DNA of 64,000 bases from Clostridia bacterium (GTDB taxonomy: Bacteria; Bacillota; Clostridia; JAAYHZ01): contig JBMNIH010000007.1 in assembly GCA_050950825.1 (NCBI GenBank), positions 32,001 to 96,000 of the forward strand, read 5' to 3'. Numbering within the stretch: position 1 is the first letter of the stretch; every line of letters begins with the position of its first letter. Of the stretch, positions 42,793 to 57,153 are shown in pieces. Below the pieces are notes generated by a model that saw nothing but the letters and a program-made list of their open reading frames with translations, ran no database searches and was not told the DNA's origin. The position numbers and the translations under genes are program-made.

Positions 42793-42821
42793 GTATAATT
42801 CGACTCCCTCCTCAATATGAT
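42793..42821 (+). promoter_or_regulatory. possible sigmaE (mother-cell) promoter of the P-type ATPase
   Basis: GTATA-16-AATATGAT resembles the sigmaE pattern; the Bacillus homolog yloB is sigmaE-controlled. Confidence 0.35.
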
Positions 42822-42855
42822 TAGGACAAAGGTTATTGATGGAGGGAGTTTTCAA

Positions 42856-45453
42856 TTGCAGGAAAATTTTTTACAGACGGGATTAACGGAACAGCAGGCC
42901 TTAGAAAGGTTGAATCGGTATGGTACCAATCAAATTAAAGAGCGGAAGAAAAAAAGACCGATTTTTCTCTTCTTCAATCAATTTGCCGATTTTATGACTT
43001 TAATTCTCTTGGCGGCAGCCGTTGCATCCATCTTTCTAGGGGAAGAGATCGAGGCTTTTGTCATCATTGCCATTGTGATTTTTAACGGTATATTGGGTTT
43101 TGTACAGGAATACAAGACGGAAAAGACAATGGATTCGTTAAAAGCCATGGCGGCACCTATGTCAAAGGTGAAAAGGGACGGAGCGGTTAAAACCATCGAA
43201 ACGAAATTTTTGGTACCGGGAGACCTTCTGGTGGTTGAAAGCGGCGATCGGATCGGTGCCGACGGTGAGCTGGTCGAATGTACGGATTTTAAGGTGGACG
43301 AATCCCTATTGACCGGCGAATCGGTACCGGTGTTCAAAACCGCCGATTCGAAGGGAGATAACCGCATATTTATGGGCACCGTTGCCGTGTCCGGCCACGG
43401 TATGGCTATTGTCACCGAAACCGGCAGCCGGACGGAAATGGGAAAGATAGCGGGAATGATATCCGAGTCCGACGACGAGAGCACGCCTCTTCAAAATCGA
43501 CTGGCTCGATTGGGCAAGTGGCTGGTTCTCGGCTGTTTGGGAATTTGCGCCGTCGTGGCCCTTATCGGCGTTTTAAACGGAGGCGATTGGCTGGATATGC
43601 TGCTTTCCGGCATCAGCTTAGCCGTAGCCGCCATACCGGAAGGACTGCCGGTGGTCGTCACCGTAGCCTTGGCCATCGGGGTGAATAAAATGGTGAAGGT
43701 AAATGCGTTGGCAAGAAAGCTTTCCGCCGTGGAAACATTGGGGAATACCCGCGTTATCTGTTCGGATAAGACCGGTACCATCACCGAAAACAAAATGACG
43801 GTAAAGCAAACGATACCGGATATAACGAAAATGAAGCCGGAGCTTGCTGCAAAAGGCTTGAAGGAAGAATACACCCAAGAAGACATCCTGTTTCTTACCT
43901 TCGCCTTATGCCACAATGTACATATCAATAATTCGAATAACAGGCTTGAATATTCCGGGGACCCTACCGAAATCGCCTTATTGGAATACATCGAAAAAAT
44001 TTATCCGGATCTTTTGAATATATTGAATAGATACAAACGAGTAGGAGAAATCTCTTTTGACTCCAATCGAAAATGCATGTCCGTTATTGTGGAAACAAAA
44101 GATCAACATAAAATTATGCTGACAAAAGGCAATCCGGATGTCATCATGTCCATGTCGGATCGCATTATGGATGGAAAAACGGTAAGACCCCTTACGGAAA
44201 AAGACAAGCAAAAGATGCAAAGGCACAACAAAGACCTTGCGTACCAAGGCATGCGGGTACTGGGTATTTGCTGGAAGACCGTATCCAAAATGACGGAAGC
44301 CACGGAATCCAAGATGATTTTTGCAGGTTTGGAGGCTATGGAGGATCTGCCTCGTGCCGGCGTAGATAAGTCGGTAGAGCTTTGCAAGAGAGCCGGCATT
44401 ACGGCGATCATGATAACGGGAGACCAACCGGGAACGGCGGCGGCCGTAGCCCGAAGAGTGGGCATTTTACCCGAGAACGGAAAAGTGGTCACCGGATCTC
44501 AATTACGGGGCTTAAGCCAAGAAGAACTGGATAAAATCACCGACAATACGTACGTGTATGCGGCGGTATCTCCTGCCGACAAATTGGAAATTGTAAGGTC
44601 CTTTAAACGAAAAGGATATGTTACGGCCATGACCGGTGACGGCGTGAACGATGCTCCCGCGTTAAAAGAAGCGGACATCGGAGTGGCCATGGGCATAAAC
44701 GGTACCGATGTTACCCGTGAAGCGGCGGACCTTGTTTTATTGGACGATAACTTCAATACCATTGTAACGGCCGTAAGAGAAGGAAGAATTATTTACCGAA
44801 ATATTCGGCGTTTCATCCGATATCTTTTGTCCTGCAACATCGGAGAGGTTTTGACCATGTTTGTAGCGGCTATCGCAGGATTTCCCATGCCTTTGGTTCC
44901 GATTCAGATCCTATGGGTTAACTTGGTGACCGACGGCTTCCCGGCGGTAGCGTTAGGCTTTGAACCCGGAGAAAAGGACGTAATGGACTGTCCTCCGGTT
45001 CCCAAGGATAGTGATATATTCTCGGATGGTTTGGGACGTAAAATCATATTCCGAGGAATCACCATCGGATTGGGCACCTTGTTTATCTATTGGTTGGTAC
45101 AATACATCGGAGGGGATTTGATAACGGCTCGAACGGCGGCCTTTGCCCATTTGGTCACCGCCCAGCTGGTTCATGTTTTGGAATGTAAAAGCGAAAGGGA
45201 GGGCATTACGGAAATCAATCTTTTCTCGAACAAAATTTTGCTTTTAGCTATTACCGTATCCTTCTTAATGCTGCTGACGGTTATATACATTCCTCCCCTT
45301 GCATACGTATTTTCCACCGCTCCTTTGCATTGGACCTATTGGTGCATCGTAATGGGAATATCGATATTACAGCCTTTTATCGTCATTAATGTACGCAATA
45401 CGCGGAGAAAAAGATTGAAACTAAAAAAGGCGAAAGCCGTACAACAGGTCTAA
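42856..45453 (+). CDS. P-type IIA cation (Ca2+-like) transporting ATPase
   Basis: TGES, AIPEGL, CSDKTGT, MITGD, TGDGVNDAPAL, ILWVNLVTD; GGAGG RBS with TTG start. Confidence 0.92.
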   Translation: MQENFLQTGLTEQQALERLNRYGTNQIKERKKKRPIFLFFNQFADFMTLILLAAAVASIFLGEEIEAFVIIAIVIFNGILGFVQEYKTEKTMDSLKAMAAPMSKVKRDGAVKTIETKFLVPGDLLVVESGDRIGADGELVECTDFKVDESLLTGESVPVFKTADSKGDNRIFMGTVAVSGHGMAIVTETGSRTEMGKIAGMISESDDESTPLQNRLARLGKWLVLGCLGICAVVALIGVLNGGDWLDMLLSGISLAVAAIPEGLPVVVTVALAIGVNKMVKVNALARKLSAVETLGNTRVICSDKTGTITENKMTVKQTIPDITKMKPELAAKGLKEEYTQEDILFLTFALCHNVHINNSNNRLEYSGDPTEIALLEYIEKIYPDLLNILNRYKRVGEISFDSNRKCMSVIVETKDQHKIMLTKGNPDVIMSMSDRIMDGKTVRPLTEKDKQKMQRHNKDLAYQGMRVLGICWKTVSKMTEATESKMIFAGLEAMEDLPRAGVDKSVELCKRAGITAIMITGDQPGTAAAVARRVGILPENGKVVTGSQLRGLSQEELDKITDNTYVYAAVSPADKLEIVRSFKRKGYVTAMTGDGVNDAPALKEADIGVAMGINGTDVTREAADLVLLDDNFNTIVTAVREGRIIYRNIRRFIRYLLSCNIGEVLTMFVAAIAGFPMPLVPIQILWVNLVTDGFPAVALGFEPGEKDVMDCPPVPKDSDIFSDGLGRKIIFRGITIGLGTLFIYWLVQYIGGDLITARTAAFAHLVTAQLVHVLECKSEREGITEINLFSNKILLLAITVSFLMLLTVIYIPPLAYVFSTAPLHWTYWCIVMGISILQPFIVINVRNTRRKRLKLKKAKAVQQV

Positions 45454-45460
45454 GAATGTG

Positions 45461-45492
45461 AAAGTCCGTAAGGTGTGCGCTTTACGGACTTT
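45461..45492. terminator. bidirectional terminator
   Basis: AAAGTCCGTAA...TTACGGACTTT. Confidence 0.7.
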
Positions 45493-45493
45493 G

Positions 45494-46912
45494 CTATTTT
45501 ACCGGAATTTTGACAATAAATTCGGTTCCTATGTTTAAGGTACTTTTAACGGTGATTTTCCCCCCATGGGCCAAAACGATGATTTTTGCCAATGCAAGAC
45601 CCAACCCGTGGCTTTTGCTTTCCGCTTCCTTCGATCCGCGGTTTCTTGAATAGAAGCGGTCGAAAATTTTCGGAAGCTCCTCTTTCGGAATCCCGGGACC
45701 GTTGTCGGCGATGGACACGCATGCAAAATTACCCTCAAGAAAAACCGAAAGGGTGATGACGCCATTGCTTCCCGTGTATTTGACGGCATTATCCATGATA
45801 ATACGGTAGGCCTCCTTGATTCTGTTTTTATCCGCCGTTACAACGGGACTTGCAAAAGGTTTGAAAACGAATTGCTTTTTCGGTGCAATCAATGAAAACT
45901 CCTTGATAAGATCCGAAACTAGCGATGACAGATCAAAGGGAGTTTTCTCCAATTGAAATGTGGATTTATCCGATCGTGCTATAAAAAGAAGCTTTTCCAC
46001 CAAGTCCTTCATGTTTTCCGTTTCTTCCATGATGGCTTCGATGGCTTCCTCCATCACCTTCGGATCGTTTTTTCCCCATCGGTTCAGCATATGGGCATAT
46101 CCTTGGATGACGGATATGGGCGTTCTCAATTCATGAGAGGCGTCGGACACAAACTGTTTTTGCTTTTGATAGGAAGCTTCAATGGAGTCCATCATTTGAT
46201 TAAAGGATTGGGCAATCTCCTTCAGCTCGTATTTGCAATCGGTGACATTGATTCGAGAGGTCATGTTGCTTTCGGATATTTGCCTTAGGGTTTGGCTTAA
46301 TTCCCGAAGAGGCGACAATAGATTTTTAGCTACCTTTGAGGATCGGTACCCGATAAGAAGAATAATGACCAGCAAGGAGACGGCCAGTATTTTCAATATG
46401 GACAAACCGGACAAAACGTAAAAAGAAACGTCGATATACAGGTTGGCGTGATAGGTTTGCTCTCCGACTCTGACCGCATAGGGCAAGGACAAATAATAGC
46501 TTTGTCCCGTATGGAATGCGTAAGGTATGGGCAGGTATTCTTTCGCGATAAAAGAATCGGGATATTCGTATACTCTTTGGTTTTTATTATTGTATATACG
46601 GATGGATATGTTCTCGGTACGACAGAATTCCTCTATGTCTTTCGTTTCTTCGATTCGAAGAGAACGAGTAAAATCATGGTACCTTGAAAAAGGGATGTTT
46701 TTTGAAAATACCAAGATCATCCCCACGATTACCGCTATGACCGCCAAAACGGAATATTGAAGCAAAAGCCTCATATTCTGCAGAGTGATTCGAAAGGATA
46801 TGGAAAAGCGGGTTTTCAATCCTAAATTTTTAATGGCATTAAAAGGATAGCTTATAACCGCAAAGAGCTTTGCTTTGGCGGTCTTTTTGTTTACGGGCGT
46901 TTTATTGTTCAT
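45494..46912 (-). CDS. HAMP-domain sensor histidine kinase (ArlS-like)
   Basis: two TMs, HAMP, ASHELRTP, NAVKY, DNGPGI, GLGLALA. Confidence 0.92.
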   Translation of the reverse strand: MNNKTPVNKKTAKAKLFAVISYPFNAIKNLGLKTRFSISFRITLQNMRLLLQYSVLAVIAVIVGMILVFSKNIPFSRYHDFTRSLRIEETKDIEEFCRTENISIRIYNNKNQRVYEYPDSFIAKEYLPIPYAFHTGQSYYLSLPYAVRVGEQTYHANLYIDVSFYVLSGLSILKILAVSLLVIILLIGYRSSKVAKNLLSPLRELSQTLRQISESNMTSRINVTDCKYELKEIAQSFNQMMDSIEASYQKQKQFVSDASHELRTPISVIQGYAHMLNRWGKNDPKVMEEAIEAIMEETENMKDLVEKLLFIARSDKSTFQLEKTPFDLSSLVSDLIKEFSLIAPKKQFVFKPFASPVVTADKNRIKEAYRIIMDNAVKYTGSNGVITLSVFLEGNFACVSIADNGPGIPKEELPKIFDRFYSRNRGSKEAESKSHGLGLALAKIIVLAHGGKITVKSTLNIGTEFIVKIPVK

Positions 46913-47588
46913 CGGCTATTCTGTAACCTACCCCTCGGACCGTTTCAATAATGGAAACATGGAAACGGTTGTCGATTTTGTCTCTTAAATATTTAATATA
47001 AACGTCGGTAATGTTGGTATTGCCTCCGTATTGGTATCCCCATACTCCTTCGAGGAGCCGGTCCCTTGTTAAAACGATGTTTTTGTTCTTTAGTAAATAC
47101 TCCAAAAGGTCGAATTCCGTTTTTGAAAGCTCAACGGGATGACCGTCGTATTTAACGACGCGGGTACCGGGATTCAAGGTCAGCAGCCCTACGGATAAGA
47201 CATTCTCTTCCGGTTTTGTTTTCGGCAAGGAACGCTTCAACGCTACACGGATACGGGCTAAAAGCTCTTCAATAGCGAAAGGCTTGGTTAAATAATCGTC
47301 GGCGCCCATATCCAGTCCCATGACCTTATCCGATACGTCGTCTTTGGCGGTCAGCATAATAACGGGGACTTGGGAAACCTTCCGAAGTCTTCGGCACACC
47401 TCGATACCGCTTAAGCCGGGCAGCATCAAATCCAGTATGACCAAGTCAATATCCGGCTCACAGGCCATTTCATAGCCCTTCAGCCCGTCGTATGCCACTT
47501 TTACGGCGTATCCTTCATGCTCCAATTCCAGCTGTAAAAATCGGGCGATTTTTTGCTCGTCTTCGATTATTAAGATGGTTTTTTTCAT
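46902..47588 (-). CDS. OmpR/PhoB-family response regulator (ArlR-like)
   Basis: IIEDE, LDLMLP, LTAK, GADDYLTKPF, ETVRGVGY. Confidence 0.95.
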   Translation of the reverse strand: MKKTILIIEDEQKIARFLQLELEHEGYAVKVAYDGLKGYEMACEPDIDLVILDLMLPGLSGIEVCRRLRKVSQVPVIMLTAKDDVSDKVMGLDMGADDYLTKPFAIEELLARIRVALKRSLPKTKPEENVLSVGLLTLNPGTRVVKYDGHPVELSKTEFDLLEYLLKNKNIVLTRDRLLEGVWGYQYGGNTNITDVYIKYLRDKIDNRFHVSIIETVRGVGYRIADEQ

Positions 47589-47744
47589 TTTTCATCCTCT
47601 CGCTCTTTTTCGTTCTTCCATCATTATATCAAGACTTTTTATCGTTTTTATGCAAATATGAAAAAGGAGAATACGGGAAAAGGCAAAAGAATTCTCTTTT
47701 GCCCGGGGTCGAGTGTTACATCCTTTCTTCCGTATTCTCTTTTG

Positions 47745-48236
47745 CTACTCCACCGTGTATTCATTCGGCTTATTGTCTTGGTCGCTTTTGCTTTCCGGTT
47801 GATGAGGTCCGTGATTTTGATGATACGTGTGGACGCTCTTGGATGCGTCGTTGAAAAACTTGTTAATATCCACGTGGGAGCCGGTATATTTCTGAATACC
47901 GAACCGGTATCCCAAAAGCAAAGCGATAACGAAGCTGATGATGATAATCGGCAAGGACCGTAACGTGAAGAGGACGAACAAACCGACAAACAGCAGCGAC
48001 AGGTTCAAGATAACGGTGTTGTTATTCTCCACAACCAGCCTTGTGCGATAGGCTTTTGAAAAGAAATCCTTGAATTTGGAGCTTTTCGCTTCGTACTTCA
48101 CTTTACCGTGATTTTTTTCGAAATCCACGATGGCATCCACGATATCGCCGTTATTTCTTTCTAAATACATTTTCGCTTCCTCGTAACTGCAATTGGTTCT
48201 TTTTCTGAACTGATCAATCATTTCCATAGTAATCAT
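47745..48236 (-). CDS. DUF4342-like protein with N-terminal UBA/EF-Ts-like helical domain
   Basis: IDQFRKRTNCSYEEAK...NNGDIVDA, then a hydrophobic hairpin. Confidence 0.7.
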   Translation of the reverse strand: MITMEMIDQFRKRTNCSYEEAKMYLERNNGDIVDAIVDFEKNHGKVKYEAKSSKFKDFFSKAYRTRLVVENNNTVILNLSLLFVGLFVLFTLRSLPIIIISFVIALLLGYRFGIQKYTGSHVDINKFFNDASKSVHTYHQNHGPHQPESKSDQDNKPNEYTVE

Positions 48237-48278
48237 ATGCATACCACTTCCTTTAATAATTTTTAAGATCCTTTAAGC

Positions 48279-48698
48279 TTATTGTCCTTCTTGGTTTCTC
48301 GTATCGGTGATACTCGATACGATCTCGTTAATGCGTACTTCCGCACCCGTATGCTTTTTGATACTGATTTTGCATCCGAGAAGCAGGGCGACCAATAAAC
48401 TTACGAGTATCACCGGGAATACCGGCAATGTGAGGAGGACCAATATGCCTAAAACCAATACCGATAGGTTTAGTACGGTAGAGCCGTTGTGTTCGATGAC
48501 AAACTTCGTTTGGTTTGCCTTTTTGAAAAAGTCTCCTGCGGTTGACTTCTTATCGTTTTTAATTTTGCTGTGAACTCTTTCATAATCCACAACAGCTTCC
48601 ACCAAATCTCCGTTGTTGCGTTCAAGAAACAATTTTGCTTCTTGGTAGCTGCAACCGGTTCTTTTCCTGAATTCATCAATCATTTCCATTGTAATCAT
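48279..48698 (-). CDS. DUF4342-like protein, tandem paralog
   Basis: IDEFRKRTGCSYQEAK...NNGDLVEA, then a hydrophobic hairpin. Confidence 0.7.
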   Translation of the reverse strand: MITMEMIDEFRKRTGCSYQEAKLFLERNNGDLVEAVVDYERVHSKIKNDKKSTAGDFFKKANQTKFVIEHNGSTVLNLSVLVLGILVLLTLPVFPVILVSLLVALLLGCKISIKKHTGAEVRINEIVSSITDTRNQEGQ

Positions 48699-48740
48699 TT
48701 ATGAACACCTCTTTTTTGATGTATTTGCTTTGTTAATTAC

Positions 48741-48805
48741 ATCATACGGAGGTACTATTAGTTTACCATAAGATGAATATTAGAATTTAATGAGAAAATA
48801 ATAAT
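48741..48805 (-). promoter_or_regulatory. promoter with 11-bp-phased direct repeat array (putative OmpR-type binding sites)
   Basis: -10 TATGAT (48746-48741); ATTAG/ATAAG/ATTAG/ATGAG at 48757, 48768, 48779, 48790. Confidence 0.55.
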
Positions 48806-48882
48806 GAAAGGATGAATTCTTTTTGAAGAAAATGAGAGGTTAAATGTAGATGAATATCCGGAAAATACATGTGAAAAACGGG

Positions 48883-48999
48883 TTGACTTTTGTCCTTTTT
48901 ACGTGTTAATATAGCCGAGCCGTCCGGGAAAAGCGGAAAAGGAGCCTTTTAAAAAAGTTTTAAAAAGGCCTTGACAGTCCCGACGGAAAATGCTAATAT
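48883..48999 (+). promoter_or_regulatory. tandem rrn promoters P1/P2
   Basis: TTGACT-18-TAATAT (48883-48912) and TTGACA-17-TAATAT (48971-48999). Confidence 0.8.
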
Positions 49000-49190
49000 G
49001 ACAAAGCTGTCGTTTGAGACGGCACAGAACCTTGAAAAATGAACAGTGTATTGAACCCGTCAAACTTAAGCTTGAAAAAGCGAGAGTTTAACATTTAAAA
49101 GTAAATCCAAAGTGCGAAATAAATCGCACGGGACAAAAAGTCTAAAAAAAGACAGGACAAACAAGAGACCCGAAAAAGGGTTTGAAGATT

Positions 49191-50737
<1,547 letters not shown>

Positions 50738-50824
50738 AGATTGACGACGGAAGAAATTTCGCCGTAATCGTATAAGGTCGATTGACGGTTCAATACACTG
50801 TAAATTCATCGAGGTTCTTTTTAC

Positions 50825-50900
50825 GGGGGTATAGCTCAGTTGGGAGAGCACCTGCCTTGCAAGCAGGGGGTCAAGAGTTCGAATCTCTTTATCTCCACCA
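50825..50900 (+). tRNA. tRNA-Ala(TGC) in the 16S-23S spacer
   Basis: GGGGGTATAGCTCAG...CCTGC-CTTGCAA-GCAGG...GTTCGAAT...CCACCA. Confidence 0.97.
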
Positions 50901-51157
50901 AAAGCGCGCAAGCGATCGCACCTTGAAAACTGCATAATGCGTCAAAAGGTTCCATGAGAATGGAACCGCGACAAAAAAGAAGACAAAGAGAGTTAAAACG
51001 AGAAGCCGAAATAAAAAACGGTAACGAGTGACTCACTGAGTCTGCAATTTTATCGAAAACGACAAAAAAACAATGCTGAAACAATGCTAAAAAAATAATC
51101 AGGAAAAGCGACGAGCTTGGGACAATCAACCTATATGAAATGATGGACCAAAGGAAA

Positions 51158-54078
<2,921 letters not shown>

Positions 54079-54156
54079 AAGGTCGTCGCTGAAGAAAAAA
54101 AGACGTATTATGCAGTTTTGAGGGTGCGATAAAAAGCGCGCGAAGAGAATAAAGAT

Positions 54157-54273
54157 TTTCGGTGGCAATAACGAGAAGGACCCACCCGTTCCCATCCCGA
54201 ACACGGCAGTTAAGCTTCTCGGTGCTGAAAATACCGGGGCATGGCGCCTCGGGAAGATAGGTCGCTGCCGGAA
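54157..54273 (+). rRNA. rrf: 5S rRNA
   Basis: CGGTGGC...CACCCGTTCCCATCCCGAACACGGCAGTTAAG...GCTGCCG. Confidence 0.95.
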
Positions 54274-54281
54274 TTATACGA

Positions 54282-54360
54282 ATCCCGCATCCGAACAAGA
54301 TGCGGGTTTCTTTTTCTTGAAAATATGTGCATTAAAAAAGCGGGAGCTTTGTCCCGCTTT
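54282..54360. terminator. rrn terminator plus opposing terminator of the ABC operon
   Basis: CCCGCATC...GATGCGGG with T-rich tail; AAAAAAGCGGGA...TCCCGCTTT. Confidence 0.75.
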
Positions 54361-54373
54361 ATCATTATGTATG

Positions 54374-56569
54374 TTATTCCGACATTTTCAACTGCGCAGC
54401 CACCAATCCGTAGTAGATTCCTTTCAGGTCCATAAGCTCTTTATGGGTACCCAGCTCGGCCTTTTTCCCTTTATCGATAACCATCAAGCGATCGGCAAAT
54501 TTTAAGGTGGAAAGCCTGTGGGCGATGGCGATGGTGGTTCTGCCTTTGACCAATCGTCTCAATGCTTCTTGTATCTTCAGCTCCGTATTGGTGTCCAAGG
54601 AAGAAGTGGCTTCATCCAGTATGAGGATACGGGGATTGGACAAAATGGCTCGCGCTATGGCTATACGCTGGCGTTCGCCTCCGGATACGCGGTGTCCTCT
54701 TTCGCCTACCAAGGTGTCGTATCCGTCCGGAAGCTTTATGATAAAGTCGTGGGCATTGGCCAGCTTGCAGGCGAGGATAATCTCTTCAAAGGTGGCATCG
54801 GGTTTGGAGTAGCGGACGTTTTCCAGTATGGAGCCGGAGAAGAGGAAGGTTTCCTGCAGAACGACGCCGATCTGCCTGTTTAAATCCTCTTTCTTTATAT
54901 GGCGAAGATCGATGCCGTCGATTTTGATTGATCCCTCGTCCACGTCGTATAGACGCATGACAAGATTGATGAACGTGGATTTACCGGCACCGGAATGTCC
55001 CACCAATCCTAACATTTCACCGGGTTTGATGGTAATATTGATGTTTTCCAAAACCGGTTCGTAGGATTGGTAGCCGAAGGTAACGTTGTCGAAGGTAATT
55101 TCACCTTGGATTTCGTGACTTACGGCATTAGGCGCTTCCTTTATATCCGGATCCTGTTCAATGACGTCGAAAATTCTTTCCGTTGATGTGGCAACCATGG
55201 AAATGGCTCTCGGGAAGAAACTGATCATGTTTAAAGGACCGTATAGCATATTGGCGTAGGACGTAAACTGGACCAATTCCCCGATCTTCATGGTTCCGTC
55301 CAGTACCATTCGTCCCCCGATCAGCATGATGAAGAAGCTTCCGATACCCATGACGAACATTAATCCCGGGAACAAGGTCTGCCATGTCTTTTCGTTGTAC
55401 ACGGTTATATCGGCGAGCTTTTTGCTTTCCTTTTGAAATTGGCTGACGGCATATTTTTCTTTCCCGAAGGATTTTACTACGCGAATACCCGAGATGATAT
55501 CCTGCAGCAGGGAGTTTGCACGGTCGCTTTGTCTCCATTCTCTTCGATACAGCATCCAAATGAACCTTCGGAACAGCCGCATGACAATCAAAATGAAGGG
55601 AACCGGGATCAGCACGATCAAGGCCAGCTTCCAGTTAAAGGAGAACATAATGATCAATATCCCTACCATGGTGAGAAGCTCGTTGACGACGTTCGGTGCC
55701 GTGCTTACCATGAAGTTGGAGATTCGATCGGTATCTCCCGTGATTCTGTTCATCAAGTCTCCGGTTTTTCTTTTTCCGATGTAGCCTAAGGACAAGGACT
55801 GTATCTTTTCATATACCATTTCCCGCAGGTCCTTGGCCATTTCGGCACCGGCCTTGGCCATGACGCGGCCGCGGATAATCGTAAGGAGCGAGTTGGAAAC
55901 CATAATCACGGCCATTAACCCTACCAAAAGCAGCATCCCTTTCACGTCGGGAGTTACGGTCTTGTCTTGAACGTTGATATAGTTGTCGATCAACGATCTC
56001 GAAATTTGGGGGTTAATCAACCTTAAAGCGGTTATGGCGATAAAAATGACCGAAACGATGACGTACAGATACCATTTGGAAGCCGCGATGGTCATCAATT
56101 TCCGAAACATATCCCCTTTATTGATACAAGACGGGCATACGTTCGTACCTTGGGCATAGGTCCTGCCGCATTTCGGGCAAATATTGTCTTCGTCCGTAGA
56201 GACGATTTTCGATTCGCCAAGAGTCAGGATTTGGTTCAACGCTCGGGCAATAAACTTAAATCTTGGCACATATCTCATGGAGAAACGAGCGAGAATATAG
56301 CTTTCTCCGTCGTTTTTCCTTCCGATGAGAATTCCGTCCCCTACCTCTGCCGTACTTTCAAAGGATTCATAATCTTGAATACGGTACACTTCCGGTGTTT
56401 CTTTCAACGAAAGATAGAGGATATAGTCACGGGTGACGGCTACATAACCGTCGGAGAAGGTACCTGCAATATTTAAATCCACAGGAACGCAATACAGAAG
56501 GGTTTTGCCCATCAAAAGGTCGGGATACTTCTTTTTGATCTCTATTGGGAGCTCGTAAATAAGCTTCAA
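54374..56569 (-). CDS. ABC exporter half-transporter (TMD+NBD) with N-terminal extension and CxxC-CxxC zinc ribbon
   Basis: CPKCGRTY...VCPSC; GHSGAGKST, VSGGERQR, LILDEAT, IAHRLST. Confidence 0.9.
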   Translation of the reverse strand: MKLIYELPIEIKKKYPDLLMGKTLLYCVPVDLNIAGTFSDGYVAVTRDYILYLSLKETPEVYRIQDYESFESTAEVGDGILIGRKNDGESYILARFSMRYVPRFKFIARALNQILTLGESKIVSTDEDNICPKCGRTYAQGTNVCPSCINKGDMFRKLMTIAASKWYLYVIVSVIFIAITALRLINPQISRSLIDNYINVQDKTVTPDVKGMLLLVGLMAVIMVSNSLLTIIRGRVMAKAGAEMAKDLREMVYEKIQSLSLGYIGKRKTGDLMNRITGDTDRISNFMVSTAPNVVNELLTMVGILIIMFSFNWKLALIVLIPVPFILIVMRLFRRFIWMLYRREWRQSDRANSLLQDIISGIRVVKSFGKEKYAVSQFQKESKKLADITVYNEKTWQTLFPGLMFVMGIGSFFIMLIGGRMVLDGTMKIGELVQFTSYANMLYGPLNMISFFPRAISMVATSTERIFDVIEQDPDIKEAPNAVSHEIQGEITFDNVTFGYQSYEPVLENINITIKPGEMLGLVGHSGAGKSTFINLVMRLYDVDEGSIKIDGIDLRHIKKEDLNRQIGVVLQETFLFSGSILENVRYSKPDATFEEIILACKLANAHDFIIKLPDGYDTLVGERGHRVSGGERQRIAIARAILSNPRILILDEATSSLDTNTELKIQEALRRLVKGRTTIAIAHRLSTLKFADRLMVIDKGKKAELGTHKELMDLKGIYYGLVAAQLKMSE

Positions 56570-56583
56570 AGAAAAAACACCTC

Positions 56584-57153
56584 CTAGATAATTGCGCCGA
56601 TAGTTTTCAAATGTTTCGAGTCGAGCTTGGTAACGTCATTGATTTTGTAACGGTTGCCGTCCACGTCGATGATAAGCAAACGAATCTCTTCGATGGTTTT
56701 CATATTGCTGTGACCTCCTTGTACGGTAAACTTGCGAGGTCCCGCCGTGGTAACCACATCCCAGTAGTAATATCCGAACTCCTCTTTGATGCTGTTGATC
56801 TTAATTATTTCCGGGGTGAAGTACCGTACCGATAATTCCTCCTCTACCAAATTGCGCTGTTCTTCGGGAAATTCGTTCAAGTCCAGTATGAACCCGATTT
56901 CGTTCATCTTACTGTCGCTGACCGATATGTATTGATTCGGTCTTGTAAAAGGGAACGCTCTATGAATATTGATTCTCTTGTATTCCTTATCCTCGTATTT
57001 TAATGTTAAGAAACCGCCCGGGGATTTACTGAATACGGCTTTATTGGGATCGATGTATTTTAACCTTGTGTATTCCTGCAATCCTTCGTCTACCGCATTT
57101 TCCGTGTTTTCCGGCGAAATTTCATTCTTTTCTAAATACTCTAAATTCGTCAT
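56584..57153 (-). CDS. DUF1854-like protein
   Basis: RAFPFTRP..YISV...EIG, RYFTPEI..I..I...FG..YW.V.T..G.R.F, IIDVDGNRY.I. Confidence 0.8.
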   Translation of the reverse strand: MTNLEYLEKNEISPENTENAVDEGLQEYTRLKYIDPNKAVFSKSPGGFLTLKYEDKEYKRINIHRAFPFTRPNQYISVSDSKMNEIGFILDLNEFPEEQRNLVEEELSVRYFTPEIIKINSIKEEFGYYYWDVVTTAGPRKFTVQGGHSNMKTIEEIRLLIIDVDGNRYKINDVTKLDSKHLKTIGAII

